Assembly: GCA_965261715.1 (NCBI GenBank)
Contig: OZ253471.1
Location: 624,763-688,762, forward strand
Reading direction: 5' to 3'
Source: Dehalococcoidia bacterium
GTDB lineage: Bacteria > Chloroflexota > Dehalococcoidia > Bin125
DNA length: 64,000 nt
Part shown: positions 9,752 through 19,540 of the stretch, piece by piece
Position numbering within the stretch: the stretch's first letter is position 1
Layout of the letters: the number at the start of each line of letters is the position of its first letter
Position numbers and translations under genes: made by a program
The notes under the pieces: generated by a model
What the model was told of the DNA's origin: nothing
The model's input: only the letters and a program-made list of their open reading frames with translations
Databases searched by the model: none

Positions 9752-9952
9752 TCACGCCCCGCTGAGCACGGCGCCTATCAAAGCGATCATCAATGCCCCC
9801 AGCAAGCCCATCCCCCACAACATCATTCTCTGCAGGTCTTCGATCCTGCCGTTGAGCTGTTCCCGGAGATCGTCAATTCGCCCGTTGAGCTGATCGCGGA
9901 CCATTTGCAGTTCAGAGAGTGTCGCCGGTCTCGAGTCTTCGCCAGTTGTCAT
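9752..9952 (-). CDS. Small coiled-coil protein with C-terminal transmembrane helix (XhlA-like architecture)
   Basis: MTTGEDSRPATLSELQMVRDQLNGRIDDLREQLNGRIEDLQRMMLWGMGLLGALMIALIGAVLSGA. The longer track ORF (to 10120) may be an N-terminal over-extension. Confidence 0.3.
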   Translation of the reverse strand: MTTGEDSRPATLSELQMVRDQLNGRIDDLREQLNGRIEDLQRMMLWGMGLLGALMIALIGAVLSGA

Positions 9953-10260
9953 TGCCAGCCACCTCCACCACCAAGAATCCTGGTGTCGCGCTGCATCTTC
10001 AGCATAACCGTGTTCTTCGACCGCCGGACACGCAACCACTGTCCTAACACCCGTCGCCAAGAGGTCCTCCAGTGTCTGAAGGAGATATCCGAGAATTCCG
10101 TATCTGTTCACCCGATTCATCCGGGCAAGGATTGCTTTCTCAGGAGGCTGAGAAGTCGCTGATACACTGCGGGCTGCGTGAACGAAATCACGTGGTTAAG
10201 TTATGCACGCGCGGCACGATGCCGTGCGGCCGAACAAGCAATTGTTGAGAGGGGAGCGCG

Positions 10261-10683
10261 GTGGCCGAGTACACCAAGCCCATTCCGAGTCCCGACCCGG
10301 TCTCACAGCCGTTCTGGGACGGGGCGAAAGCGGGGAAGCTGATGCTCCCCCGTTGTTCCGACTGCAACCGAGTCCACTGGTACCCGCGGGTGATCTGCCC
10401 GTTCTGCCACTCGATGAACATCGAGTGGGTCGAGGCGACCGGCAAGGGCACCATCCACACCTTCGCCGTTCAGCACAACCGAGGACTCGTTGCGCGCGGC
10501 TGGAGCGATGAGGTCCCATACGTCTCCGCCTACATCGACCTGGCCGAGGGCGACCGGATGCTGACCGTGCTCAAGGGCGTCGACCCCAACGACCCCGAAT
10601 CGATTGAGATCGGTGGCGCAGTCCAGATCGAGTTCGAAGCAGCCTCCGAGGACGTCCACATCCCCTTCTGGCGGCCTGTCTAA
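10261..10683 (+). CDS. Zn-ribbon/OB-fold protein (DUF35 family), partner of the thiolase-like protein
   Basis: Cys pairs CSDCNRV...CPFCHS (zinc ribbon) followed by an OB-fold region. GTG start with gaggggag RBS. This adjacency to an SCP-x-type thiolase gene is canonical. Confidence 0.75.
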   Translation: MAEYTKPIPSPDPVSQPFWDGAKAGKLMLPRCSDCNRVHWYPRVICPFCHSMNIEWVEATGKGTIHTFAVQHNRGLVARGWSDEVPYVSAYIDLAEGDRMLTVLKGVDPNDPESIEIGGAVQIEFEAASEDVHIPFWRPV

Positions 10684-10732
10684 GCGCCCACCAGACGCAT
10701 CACAAACGAGATAGGTAACACAGGAGCACAAT

Positions 10733-12001
10733 ATGCCTGGTGAAGCATCAAGGTCCGCCGCAATCGTCGGCGCCGCCGAAGCGAACGACATTGGCTACCC
10801 GCAGACGGCGAAGTCGTCGCTGACCCTGCACATCGAAGCGATCAAGAACGTGACCGATATGACGGGGATTCCGATCTCCGCTATCGACGGCATCTTCTCT
10901 GCCGGTTGGTCACCGCAAATTGCCGAGTATCTCGGTCTGCACCCCAAGTACATCGATACGACCGCCGTCGGCGGCTGTTCATTCGAGATGCACGTCCACC
11001 ACGCGCTGGCTGCGATTCACGCTGGAGTGATCGACGTGGCGCTTGTCACGCACGGCGAGATGGGATTCAGCCAGCGGTTTACCGGCGGCAAGGGCACGGG
11101 CCGAGCCGGCGGCGCCGGCGACCCCTGGGACCCGGGGACACAGCACACCTCGGCCTACGGCCTGGGCGGCGCGCCGACCTCGTACTCGCACGCGCTCAAC
11201 CGGCACATGGCCCGATACGGCACGACGCAGGAAGACTTCGCCGAAATCGCGGTTGTCACCCGCGAATGGGCGACGCTTAACCCGCGCGCGGTGATGTACC
11301 GCAAGGCGGGCGAGGGCGGCCTGGCGCCGCTGGAGAAGGGCGAATGGGGCGGCGGCAAGCGCGGCCACACCTTCGGTGGACCGATCACCGTCGACACGGT
11401 GATGAACTCCCGCCCGATCTCCTGGCCGATCAAGCTGCTCGATGTCTGCCTGGTCACCGACCATGGCGGCGCGGTGCTGATCACCGGCCCCGAGCTGGCC
11501 AAGACGTCCAAGACCCCTCCGGTCTGGATCGCCGGCGCGGGCGAGTCGATCTCGCACTGGAACATGCTCGAGATGGGCGACTTCACGCAGACGTCGGCCT
11601 CACGCTCGGCCGCCACGGCCTACAAGATGGCTGGCATGGGTCCCGAAGACATGGAAATGGCCATGATCTACGACTCATTCACGGTCACGGCTGGAATCAC
11701 CGCCGAGATGCTCGGTCTCGCCCCTGCGGGCGAGGGCTTCAAGCTCTGGAAGGACCGCGACGCGGCGCCGGGCGGACGCCTGCCGATCAACACCAACGGC
11801 GGCGGCTTGAGCTTCAACCACTCCGGCATGTACGGCATGCAGCTCCTGGTCGAGGCCTACCGCCAGCTCTCCGGCACCGCCGAGGATGGCGGATTCTCCG
11901 GCGACCCGGGCAAGCAGACCAGCGCGCGCAGTTGCATCGTCAACGGCACGGGCGGTTCGCTGTCCACGACCGGCACTCTGGTGCTCGTCTCCGACGACTA
12001 A
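10733..12001 (+). CDS. Thiolase-like protein (SCP-x / lipid-transfer-protein type thiolase)
   Basis: 422 aa with thiolase-fold hallmarks (…GGCSFEM…, C-terminal …NTNGGGLSFNHSGMYG…). aggag RBS 8 nt upstream of ATG. Confidence 0.75.
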   Translation: MPGEASRSAAIVGAAEANDIGYPQTAKSSLTLHIEAIKNVTDMTGIPISAIDGIFSAGWSPQIAEYLGLHPKYIDTTAVGGCSFEMHVHHALAAIHAGVIDVALVTHGEMGFSQRFTGGKGTGRAGGAGDPWDPGTQHTSAYGLGGAPTSYSHALNRHMARYGTTQEDFAEIAVVTREWATLNPRAVMYRKAGEGGLAPLEKGEWGGGKRGHTFGGPITVDTVMNSRPISWPIKLLDVCLVTDHGGAVLITGPELAKTSKTPPVWIAGAGESISHWNMLEMGDFTQTSASRSAATAYKMAGMGPEDMEMAMIYDSFTVTAGITAEMLGLAPAGEGFKLWKDRDAAPGGRLPINTNGGGLSFNHSGMYGMQLLVEAYRQLSGTAEDGGFSGDPGKQTSARSCIVNGTGGSLSTTGTLVLVSDD

Positions 12002-12107
12002 CCCAACTCACTAGTTCGCACCCAACGAGGCCGCCCCCTCAATTCAAGTGGAGGGCGGCCTCGTTCGTTTATCTTGCCGCGAATACGGCACGGTGAAAGA
12101 GTTCGCA

Positions 12108-12533
12108 ATGTCGGAAGCCAGGGACGCGGCGGTGAATGAGCACGACGATCAGTCGCGACAGGGAATCACGTTCCTCTGGGGCATGATCATGGCGGCAGGG
12201 TTTGTCGTTCTCTTCGGATTGACCCAATGGGGCGTACTCGACGATGTCCCCGTCTCAGAAGTTGGACTGTTTGCCGTCGGATCCGCCAACGCGATCGGCA
12301 TCATCGCGATCGGCGGCTGGAACGCAATCGGGATCGTTTCGATCGGCGGGGCGAACTCCATCGGGCTCGTGGCAGTCGGTGGATTCAATTCGATCGGCGT
12401 GATTTCATTTGGCGGAGTCGCAAGCTACGGCCTGATTTCGATCGGCGGCATCAATGGCTTCGGGACGCTGGTCGGAGTCCGCATTTTCCAGTGGTCACCA
12501 GTCATCGTTCGGCGCAAGCGCGAATCGGAATAG
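12108..12533 (+). CDS. Membrane protein with six tandem Gly-rich 9-10 aa repeats (IGxxAIGGxNxIG)
   Basis: AIGIIAIGGWNAIGIVSIGGANSIGLVAVGGFNSIGVISFGGVASYGLISIGGINGFG, preceded by a TM helix. The start is uncertain (ATG 12108 vs the track start 12048). Confidence 0.4.
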   Translation: MSEARDAAVNEHDDQSRQGITFLWGMIMAAGFVVLFGLTQWGVLDDVPVSEVGLFAVGSANAIGIIAIGGWNAIGIVSIGGANSIGLVAVGGFNSIGVISFGGVASYGLISIGGINGFGTLVGVRIFQWSPVIVRRKRESE

Positions 12534-12574
12534 CAAGCCCCCGTCTGCGCCATAGGCCGGCAGGCGGTGCACCG

Positions 12575-12705
12575 CCGATGTGTTAACCTGATGGAAGATT
12601 GAAGCCGGGGTGGTCCGACCGTTAACACACGGGGTTCGGGCCTGAGAACACACCCGCTGAACCTGATCCGGGTAATGCCGGCGCAGGGAGCAAGCGCAGC
12701 AGCCA
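12575..12705 (+). ncRNA. TPP (thiamine pyrophosphate) riboswitch
   Basis: Contains the conserved THI-element cores ...ggggtggtcc...cctgagaa...acccgctgaacctgatccgggtaatgccggcgcagggag..., immediately upstream of thiD. Confidence 0.85.
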
Positions 12706-12753
12706 TCAGGCCCACCCGCAAGACAGTCGACCGCCCACACGCGGGAGCATTCC

Positions 12754-13566
12754 GTGCGCGTCGTCCTTTCGATTGCGGGATCCGATTCCTCCGCCGGGGC
12801 CGGCATCCAGGCCGACCTCAAGGCTGCCTCGCAGTTCTACGGCTGTTACGCCGCGACCGTCATCACCGCTGTCACCGCGCAGAACACACTCGGGGTTCAA
12901 GACGCGTTTCAACTGCCCACCTGGATCGTTCGGGCGCAGATCGAGTCGGTGTGTTCCGATCTCAACGTCGCCGCGGTCAAGACAGGCATGTTGGGAGATT
13001 CTGAGATGATCAATGTGGTGGCCGACGAGCTGGGCGAGCGGAAGCCGCCCAAGATCGTTGTTGATCCGGTCATGATCTCCAAGACCGGCTTCCCGCTGCT
13101 GGCCGAGGACGCCGTTGAGACATTCAAGAATCGGATTGTTCCCCTGGCGACCTTGATTACGCCCAACACCCATGAAGCCGAACGGCTGACCGGGATCGCC
13201 GTGCGCACCATCGATGAGGCGAAGCAGGCAGGAATGGCGCTGCTTGACATGGGCGCAAGTGCCGCGCTCGTCAAAGGTGGTCACCTCGCAGAAGCGCCGG
13301 GCACAGACGTATTGGTCGCCCCGGAGGGCGTAGAAGTCATCGCCGGCGAATGGATCGACACCAAGCACACCCACGGCACCGGTTGCACCTATGCGTCGGC
13401 CATCGCTGCCCGCCTCGCCTACGACTGGAACCTGAGTCTTCACGAGTGCATTGAGGACGCAAAACTCTGGCTTACGGAGGCTATTCGCTATGGGCTGAAC
13501 CTCGGACACGGCGTCGGGCCGACCCAACCGTTCTGGGGCCAGGAGTGGGGACCGTGGAACGACTAG
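12754..13566 (+). CDS. thiD: Hydroxymethylpyrimidine/phosphomethylpyrimidine kinase
   Basis: MRVVLSIAGSDSSAGAGIQADLKA...VKTGML...HGTGCTYASAIAA, a ribokinase-fold ThiD signature. Confidence 0.85.
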   Translation: MRVVLSIAGSDSSAGAGIQADLKAASQFYGCYAATVITAVTAQNTLGVQDAFQLPTWIVRAQIESVCSDLNVAAVKTGMLGDSEMINVVADELGERKPPKIVVDPVMISKTGFPLLAEDAVETFKNRIVPLATLITPNTHEAERLTGIAVRTIDEAKQAGMALLDMGASAALVKGGHLAEAPGTDVLVAPEGVEVIAGEWIDTKHTHGTGCTYASAIAARLAYDWNLSLHECIEDAKLWLTEAIRYGLNLGHGVGPTQPFWGQEWGPWND

Positions 13567-14210
13567 CGAGCGCGAAGGAAATCGGCCGTCTCCACGTGAT
13601 CACCGACGAGGTGTTGCAGACGCGATTCACGCACGTCGAGTTGGCGGCAATGGCAGCCGCCGGCGGCGCGGACGTCATCCAATATCGCGAGAAGCGGCCG
13701 TTGTCGACGCGAGCCATGATCGACGTCGCCCGGCAGATGGACGAGCAAATTGTTTCACGTGAAACAATAGTTCTAGTTGATGACCGCGTCGATATCGCTG
13801 TCGCAGTCGGTGCGACCGCCGTGCATTTGGGCCGCGACGATTTGCCGCCCGACGTCGCGCGACAGATTCTTGGCGAGGCCGCGATCATCGGCGGTACTGC
13901 GAACTCGGTTGAAGACGCAGTCAGGGTGGCCGCACAACCAGTCGATTACATCGGTGTCGGCCCAGTGTTTGGCACGACTTCAAAGGGAGATCGCGCCGCC
14001 CCGATGCTTGGCCTTGAGCGATTCGCTGAAATCTGCGACGCAGTGGAGAAACCCGTGATCGGCATTGGCAGCATTACCGTCGATCGTGTCGCCGATGTCC
14101 TGTCTGCTGGCGCATACGGTGTGGCGGTGCTCTCGGCGGTGGTCTGCCAGGAGGACCCCGAGTCGTCATGCCGGGCATTCGCCACCGAGATCAGGCGGGT
14201 GCTGTCATGA
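13545..14210 (+). CDS. thiE: Thiamine-phosphate synthase
   Basis: …LHVITDEVLQ…VIQYREK…IGVGPVFGTTSK…GIGSIT… matches TMP-TenI family motifs. Confidence 0.8.
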   Translation: MGTVERLASAKEIGRLHVITDEVLQTRFTHVELAAMAAAGGADVIQYREKRPLSTRAMIDVARQMDEQIVSRETIVLVDDRVDIAVAVGATAVHLGRDDLPPDVARQILGEAAIIGGTANSVEDAVRVAAQPVDYIGVGPVFGTTSKGDRAAPMLGLERFAEICDAVEKPVIGIGSITVDRVADVLSAGAYGVAVLSAVVCQEDPESSCRAFATEIRRVLS

Positions 14211-15379
14211 CCAATGGTTCCGCCGTCAATCATCTACCAACAACCGAAGTCGCCGTCGTCGGTGGCGGCGTGATTGGTCTGTCCTGCGCGTTCGAACTGG
14301 CGCGTCGCGGCAAGTCGGTCGCCGTGATCGAGCGCGAAGAGACCGGATTCGGCGCGTCCACCGTGGCGGCTGGGATGCTGGCCCCGTCCTCAGAGATTGA
14401 GATGACGCCGGCGCCGGTGGTTGAGCTGCAGCTCGACAGCCTGAAACGCTATCCGCAGTTCATCGCCGATATTGAGGCCGCCAGCGGACTGTCCTGCGGC
14501 TACCGAGACAACGGCACGCTCTGGGTCTCGCGGCATCGCGACGACGAGCTTGAGCTCGATCACCTCTGCGCAATCCAGAACGACCGCGGCATGACCGCGA
14601 GGAGGCTCACGGGTCGGGAGCTCCGGCGCATCGAGCCGTATCTGTCGCCCCGCGCCGTGGGTGGGCTGCTCGTCGAGACCGACCACCAGGTTGACACTCG
14701 CAAACTGGTCCCCGCACTGCGCGCTGCCTGTGAAGCGGTCGGGGTCGACATCGTCGTCCAAACCGGTGTGACCACGGTTGAGGAAACACAGGGACAACTC
14801 AGTCTTGCCTTGCACACAGCGACATCGGACTCGATCCTGCAGGCCGATCAGGTACTGCTGGCCGCCGGCGTCTGGCTTGAAGACGGCCTCGTGACGCCGC
14901 TGCCGCGCATCGGGATGCGACCGATCAAGGGCGAGATCGTCCACCTCCAGGGCCAGCCACTCATCGACCATGTGCTGCGCAACAGCGACATCTACATCAT
15001 TCCCCGTGCCGGCGGCGAGTTGCTGCTCGGCGCGACCGAGGAGGAGCAGGGATTCGACATGAATCCGACCGCAGGCGGCGTGCTCGATCTGTTGCGCTAC
15101 GCCTTTGAGATTCTGCCCGGCATCTACGACCTCAACGTGACTGAACTCGATGTCGGTCTACGACCCACGTTCTCGGACCACATGCCGGTGATCGCTCCGA
15201 CCGAAACTGAAGGCATCTTCATCGCCGGTGGCCACTACCGGGGCGGCATTCTGCTCGCTGCAAGCACGGCGCATTGGATGGCCGAGATCATGGTCAACGG
15301 CCGGGTACCGCAGGAGGTCGAGGCCTTCGGACTTGAGCGATTGCTCCAACAACAACGAATGCTGGAGGTGGCCGGATGA
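14207..15379 (+). CDS. thiO: FAD-dependent glycine oxidase
   Basis: N-terminal Rossmann motif VAVVGGGVIGLSCAFELARRG. DAO-family length. ATGA start/stop overlap with thiE. Sits in a thiS/thiG context. Confidence 0.7.
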   Translation: MTNGSAVNHLPTTEVAVVGGGVIGLSCAFELARRGKSVAVIEREETGFGASTVAAGMLAPSSEIEMTPAPVVELQLDSLKRYPQFIADIEAASGLSCGYRDNGTLWVSRHRDDELELDHLCAIQNDRGMTARRLTGRELRRIEPYLSPRAVGGLLVETDHQVDTRKLVPALRAACEAVGVDIVVQTGVTTVEETQGQLSLALHTATSDSILQADQVLLAAGVWLEDGLVTPLPRIGMRPIKGEIVHLQGQPLIDHVLRNSDIYIIPRAGGELLLGATEEEQGFDMNPTAGGVLDLLRYAFEILPGIYDLNVTELDVGLRPTFSDHMPVIAPTETEGIFIAGGHYRGGILLAASTAHWMAEIMVNGRVPQEVEAFGLERLLQQQRMLEVAG

Positions 15380-16596
15380 GTCAGGAGTGGGATGTTGCCG
15401 TACTTGGTGGTGGGGTGATTGGTCTCACCTGCGCCTTCGAACTGGCGCGCAGGGGTCAAAAGGTGGTTGTCATCGAACGCGACCAGCCCGGCCAACAGGC
15501 CAGCCGCGTCGCCGCTGGACTGCTCGGCACGGCCGCGCTTCCGCTGGGCGAACAGGACGACATCTTTCCGCTCAAGCTGGACAGCCTGCGGCGATATCCG
15601 CAGTTCATCGCCAAAGTCGAGTCGATCGGCCGGATGAGCGCTGGGTTCCGGATAGACGGCACGCTCTGGGTGGCGAGAGACGCCGACGAAGATGAGCAGC
15701 TTGAACTGCTGTACAACGAGCGGACGCAACAGCACCTCAGATCGCAGCGCGTGACGGCGAGCGAGATCTTTCCGCTCGAGCCTGAGTTGGCGCCCGGGCT
15801 GGTCGGCGGTCTGCTGGTCGAGGAGGACATTCAGGTTGATCCGCGCCGACTGCTCGCGGCATTGGAGCGGGCGGTCACCAACGTTGGAGCGAAGCTCTAC
15901 ACAGATCACGAGGCGGTTGGCGGCGAGTACGACGAGTCGGCAGAAGCGTGGAGCATCCAACTACGCAGCCAACCACTCAGCCAACCACTCAGCCAACCAC
16001 TCAGCCAAGCAGGGGGCGAGGAACATGACTCGATCCGCGCCCGCAATGTGCTGATCACGGCCGGACCCTGGTGCGACCAGATCATCGACACCGCCAACGA
16101 GGCGGGCTCGCCCTTGTCGCCAACGGGCGTCGGACCGGTTAAAGGACAACTCCTGCGGTTGCGAGGGCCGCGAATCATTGACCGCGTCATCCGCACGACC
16201 AACATCGACCTCGCCCAGCGTCGCGACGGTGAGCTGATCGTCGCATCGACGAAGGAACCGGAGGCCGGCTGGGATCTGACGCCGACCGAGGAGGCCCGCG
16301 AAGAACTCCTGACCCGAGCCTCGGGCCTGATTCCGCGGCTGCGAGAACTCGACTTGGATGAGCACAGCGTGGGTCTGCGGCCGGCCGTCGAGGATCACCT
16401 GCCGATCATTGGTTCGGCCGGTCGCCCAGGATTGTGGGTCGCGACCGGACACTACCGACACGGCATCCTGCTCGCTCCGGCGACAGCCTTCTGGCTGGCT
16501 GAGGCGATGGAATCGGGACAGGTACCGGACGCAATCTCGGCGTACGGGCTTGAGCGGCTGGGAATGTCGCAGTTGAACTTGGAGGCGGCATCGTGA
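15376..16596 (+). CDS. Second FAD-dependent glycine oxidase paralog (ThiO-like) carrying a PLSQ x3 insertion
   Basis: VAVLGGGVIGLTCAFELARRG. Collinear with the upstream thiO. Contains an in-frame 12-nt x3 repeat (caaccactcagc) encoding QPLSQPLSQPLSQ at 15962-16003. ATGA overlap with thiO and GTGA overlap with thiS. Confidence 0.65.
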   Translation: MSQEWDVAVLGGGVIGLTCAFELARRGQKVVVIERDQPGQQASRVAAGLLGTAALPLGEQDDIFPLKLDSLRRYPQFIAKVESIGRMSAGFRIDGTLWVARDADEDEQLELLYNERTQQHLRSQRVTASEIFPLEPELAPGLVGGLLVEEDIQVDPRRLLAALERAVTNVGAKLYTDHEAVGGEYDESAEAWSIQLRSQPLSQPLSQPLSQAGGEEHDSIRARNVLITAGPWCDQIIDTANEAGSPLSPTGVGPVKGQLLRLRGPRIIDRVIRTTNIDLAQRRDGELIVASTKEPEAGWDLTPTEEAREELLTRASGLIPRLRELDLDEHSVGLRPAVEDHLPIIGSAGRPGLWVATGHYRHGILLAPATAFWLAEAMESGQVPDAISAYGLERLGMSQLNLEAAS

Positions 16597-16817
16597 CAGA
16601 GCCGCAATCTGCATTGGAAGTCAGCCTGAACGGCGAATCGGTCACGCTGTCCAACGAATCGCTGCCCGAGGCGCTCTGCGAGATCGGCTACGACCCCGAA
16701 CAACAGGGCATCGCCGTGGCAATCAACATGTCGGTCGTGCCGCGCAGCGAATGGTCGGAGACCAACATCTGCAACGGCGACCGGATCGACATCGTCGGGG
16801 CCAAACAGGGTGGATAG
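16593..16817 (+). CDS. thiS: Sulfur-carrier protein ThiS
   Basis: 74 aa, ends ...IVGAKQGG (C-terminal Gly-Gly). GTG start overlaps the upstream stop. Confidence 0.8.
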   Translation: MTEPQSALEVSLNGESVTLSNESLPEALCEIGYDPEQQGIAVAINMSVVPRSEWSETNICNGDRIDIVGAKQGG

Positions 16818-16832
16818 AGATAGCGAACAACC

Positions 16833-17642
16833 ATGGGCATAACCGAACACGACACCTGGATGCTGGCCGGACGTGAGATGTCCTCACGGATCATCCTCGG
16901 GACGGCGCGATACCCGTCGCAGGAGACGCTGCTGGAGGCACTCAAGGCGTCCGGAACCGAACTGGTGACGGTCGCGCTGCGCCGCGTCAATGTTGGCTCG
17001 GCCGATGGCACCGATCCGACCAATCTCTACACGTTGCTGACCGAGCGCGGCTACGCCCTGCTGCCCAACACTGCCGGCTGCTTCACCGCGGCCGACGCCA
17101 TCCTGACCGCCGAGCTGGCCCGCGAGGCGCTGGGCGTGTCGCTGATCAAGCTGGAAGTGATTGCCGACGAAGAAACGCTGCTGCCCGACACCGAAGGCCT
17201 GCTCGAGGGCGCGCAAGAACTGGTGCGTCGCGGGTTCCAGGTCCTGCCCTACACCAACGACGATCCGGTCACGGCGCGCAAGCTGGAGGATGTCGGTTGC
17301 TCGGCGGTGATGCCGCTCGGCGCGCCGATTGGCTCTGGGCTCGGGATTCGCAATCCGCACAATATTCAGTTGATTAAGGAGCGCGCCAACGTGCCGGTGA
17401 TCGTCGACGCCGGCGTCGGCACCGCGTCGGATGTGGCGATTGCGTTCGAGCTGGGCTGCGACGGTGTGCTGATGAACACGGCGGTCGCTCGCTCCCGCAA
17501 TCCGGTGCTGATGGCCCGGGCGATGAATGCCGCCGCGCGAGCCGGGCGCGACGCGTTCCTGGCCGGCCGGATGCCGCGCAAGTTCTATGCCGATGCATCC
17601 TCTCCCTCGGAGGGGATGATCTCACCGCTCGAAACATCCTGA
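16833..17642 (+). CDS. thiG: Thiazole synthase
   Basis: …LGTARYPS…[10 protein letters not shown]…LLPNTAGC…KLEV…[14 protein letters not shown]…[10 protein letters not shown]…, classic ThiG. Confidence 0.9.
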   Translation: MGITEHDTWMLAGREMSSRIILGTARYPSQETLLEALKASGTELVTVALRRVNVGSADGTDPTNLYTLLTERGYALLPNTAGCFTAADAILTAELAREALGVSLIKLEVIADEETLLPDTEGLLEGAQELVRRGFQVLPYTNDDPVTARKLEDVGCSAVMPLGAPIGSGLGIRNPHNIQLIKERANVPVIVDAGVGTASDVAIAFELGCDGVLMNTAVARSRNPVLMARAMNAAARAGRDAFLAGRMPRKFYADASSPSEGMISPLETS

Positions 17643-17685
17643 CAATGAAACTGATTGCAGATCGCGATTGAGAAGGAGATGGACC

Positions 17686-18321
17686 GTGTCTGATCCGACA
17701 ATGTCACAGCGTCTCTGGGAAGAAAACCGAGACCTCGCGGAGGCCTGCCTCGAACACCCATTCATCGTTGGTCTCGCCGACGGGACGCTCTCGAAATCGC
17801 GTTACGGCCTGTTCGCGCAACAGGATCACTTCTACCTCGACGCGTATGCCCGCTCTTACGCCTGGGGCGCGGTGCGCGCCTCGGATTGGGGGACGCGGCG
17901 ACAGTTTGGCCAGTTGCTCTCCGGCATCCTGACCGAGGGCACGCTGCATGAGAAGACCGCTCCTGAACTTGGCGTCTCACTGGAGGATGTACAGCCGCTG
18001 CCTGCGGCTCGCGAGTACACCGACTTCCTACTGGCGACGGCGTCGCTGGGCACCATTGGCGAGCATCTCGCGGCCATGGCGCCCTGCGCCAAGTTGTACG
18101 GATGGCTCGGATCGCGGCTCGCCGATCAACCGTACGACGACAAGTACGGCTTCTGGATCAACATGTATTCTAGTCCCGACTATCAGGAAAAAGTTGAGAT
18201 TATTCAGCGCATGCTGGATGAACATGGCGACGAATCCGGTTCGGAAGCGATCAAGTTCCGTACCGCAATGGAGCTTGAGTACAACTTCTTTGATTCCGCA
18301 TGGGTGAATGGGGACGAGTAA
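17686..18321 (+). CDS. tenA: Thiaminase II / aminopyrimidine aminohydrolase (TenA family)
   Basis: …HPFIVGLADGTLSKSRYGLFAQQDHFYL…EYNFFDSAW. GTG at 17686 sits 7 nt after a gaaggag RBS. Confidence 0.75.
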   Translation: MSDPTMSQRLWEENRDLAEACLEHPFIVGLADGTLSKSRYGLFAQQDHFYLDAYARSYAWGAVRASDWGTRRQFGQLLSGILTEGTLHEKTAPELGVSLEDVQPLPAAREYTDFLLATASLGTIGEHLAAMAPCAKLYGWLGSRLADQPYDDKYGFWINMYSSPDYQEKVEIIQRMLDEHGDESGSEAIKFRTAMELEYNFFDSAWVNGDE

Positions 18322-19400
18322 TGACGCTCTGGAAACTGTTCGGGTCACTGCTGTTGATCAGCGTCGCGGCCGTTGCCGTCGGCGCGTGCGCCGCATCGAC
18401 GGACGTGCCGCAGGCTGGTTCGATCAGAGTCGTGGAGACTCAATCCGAGCAGGAGCCCGATGTCATTCGGGTGCAGCTGGACTGGCTGCCCAACACTAAT
18501 CACACGGGCATCTACGTCGCCATGGCACAGGGCTGGTATGAAGAGGAAGGGATTGAAATTGAGATCCTTCCCTACAGCGGCGCTGCCGGCGAAATTCTGC
18601 TCGACCAGGAAGTCGCCGATGTCGCGTTCTCCTTCCCGACCTTCCTGCCGCTGTTCCGCGCGCAGGGTCTTGACATTGTCTCGATCGCCGCCGTGCTGCA
18701 GACCAATCCCACCGAGATTGCTGTGCTCGCAGATGGGCCGATTAAGCGTCCCCGCGATCTCGACGGCCAGATCTATGGCGGATTCGGGGGACCGGCCGAG
18801 CAGTCGCAGTGGGAGTGGGTTGTGCGCGCCGACGGCGGCACGGGCGACATCTCCGGCGTGATCCTTGACACGGCCGCCTACGAAGCCCTCTATGAAGGCC
18901 GCGTACAGGCAGTTGAGCCGTTTGTCACCTGGGAGGGCATTGAGGCCAAGCAACGCGGCATTGAGCTTCGTACCTGGAAGTACACCGACTTCGGTATCCC
19001 CGACTTCCCGGGCACCGTCCTGGTCGCCGCGCGAGCGCTCGTCGATAGCGATCCCGATCTGCTCACACGATTTCTCGCCGCCACGATTAAGGGCTACGAA
19101 TACGCCGTCTCGGAGCCGAACGAAGCTGCACAAATGATGATCGACATCGCCGGCGAGGATGTCTTCCCCAACCTGGAATTGGTCTTCGAGTCTGCCCGCC
19201 TACTGGCCGCGCAGTACTACGTCGACCCCGAGGGCCGCTGGGGCTCGCAGACGCTCGAGCAGTGGGAGGGCTACGCCGCATGGCTCTTCGAGCAAGGGTT
19301 GCTGCTCGACGTCGACGGCGACCCACTTGTCGATCCGCCCGATTACGCCGCGCAATTCACGAATGAGCTCTATGAAGCGGCGCGCGCGTCAATCAACTAG
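18321..19400 (+). CDS. thiY: ABC transporter substrate-binding lipoprotein, NMT1/THI5-like (HMP/FAMP-binding ThiY type)
   Basis: Signal/lipobox MTLWKLFGSLLLISVAAVAVGACAAS. NMT1-like body. Sits in a tenA-thiXYZ arrangement. Confidence 0.7.
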   Translation: MTLWKLFGSLLLISVAAVAVGACAASTDVPQAGSIRVVETQSEQEPDVIRVQLDWLPNTNHTGIYVAMAQGWYEEEGIEIEILPYSGAAGEILLDQEVADVAFSFPTFLPLFRAQGLDIVSIAAVLQTNPTEIAVLADGPIKRPRDLDGQIYGGFGGPAEQSQWEWVVRADGGTGDISGVILDTAAYEALYEGRVQAVEPFVTWEGIEAKQRGIELRTWKYTDFGIPDFPGTVLVAARALVDSDPDLLTRFLAATIKGYEYAVSEPNEAAQMMIDIAGEDVFPNLELVFESARLLAAQYYVDPEGRWGSQTLEQWEGYAAWLFEQGLLLDVDGDPLVDPPDYAAQFTNELYEAARASIN

Positions 19401-19512
19401 GAATCCTCTGAACAACTGGTGTCGCAGGCTGAGCGAGGACCCCCCTTCAGCCTGCGGCAGCTTTCCCCGCAGAGGGGGGAAGCGGAGATCGGAGTTGTTC
19501 AGAGGATTCCTA
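19397..19512. repeat. MITE-like element family B (116 bp, 19-bp terminal inverted repeats ctaggaatcctctgaacaa)
   Basis: ctaggaatcctctgaacaactggtgtcgcaggctgagcg...cccccttcagcc...cggcagc...ggggaagcggagatcggagttgttcagaggattcctag. Inserted between thiY and the ABC ATPase gene. Confidence 0.8.
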
Positions 19513-19540
19513 GCGAAAACTTTTAGCGATAGCGTGCGTC

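Noticed and set aside
10303-11616. Minus-strand ORFs antisense to the DUF35 and thiolase-like genes (10303..10791, 10979..11557, 11155..11616) and + ORFs 10906..11280, 11344..12096
   Set aside because: Out-of-frame or antisense to genes with clear family motifs.
12706-13527. 273-aa minus-strand ORF
   Set aside because: Antisense to thiD, which has an unambiguous ribokinase-fold signature.
14390-16614. Minus-strand ORFs 14390..14971, 15235..15960, 15961..16614
   Set aside because: Antisense to the two ThiO-like genes.
18345-19133. 262-aa minus-strand ORF
   Set aside because: Antisense to the thiY substrate-binding protein gene.
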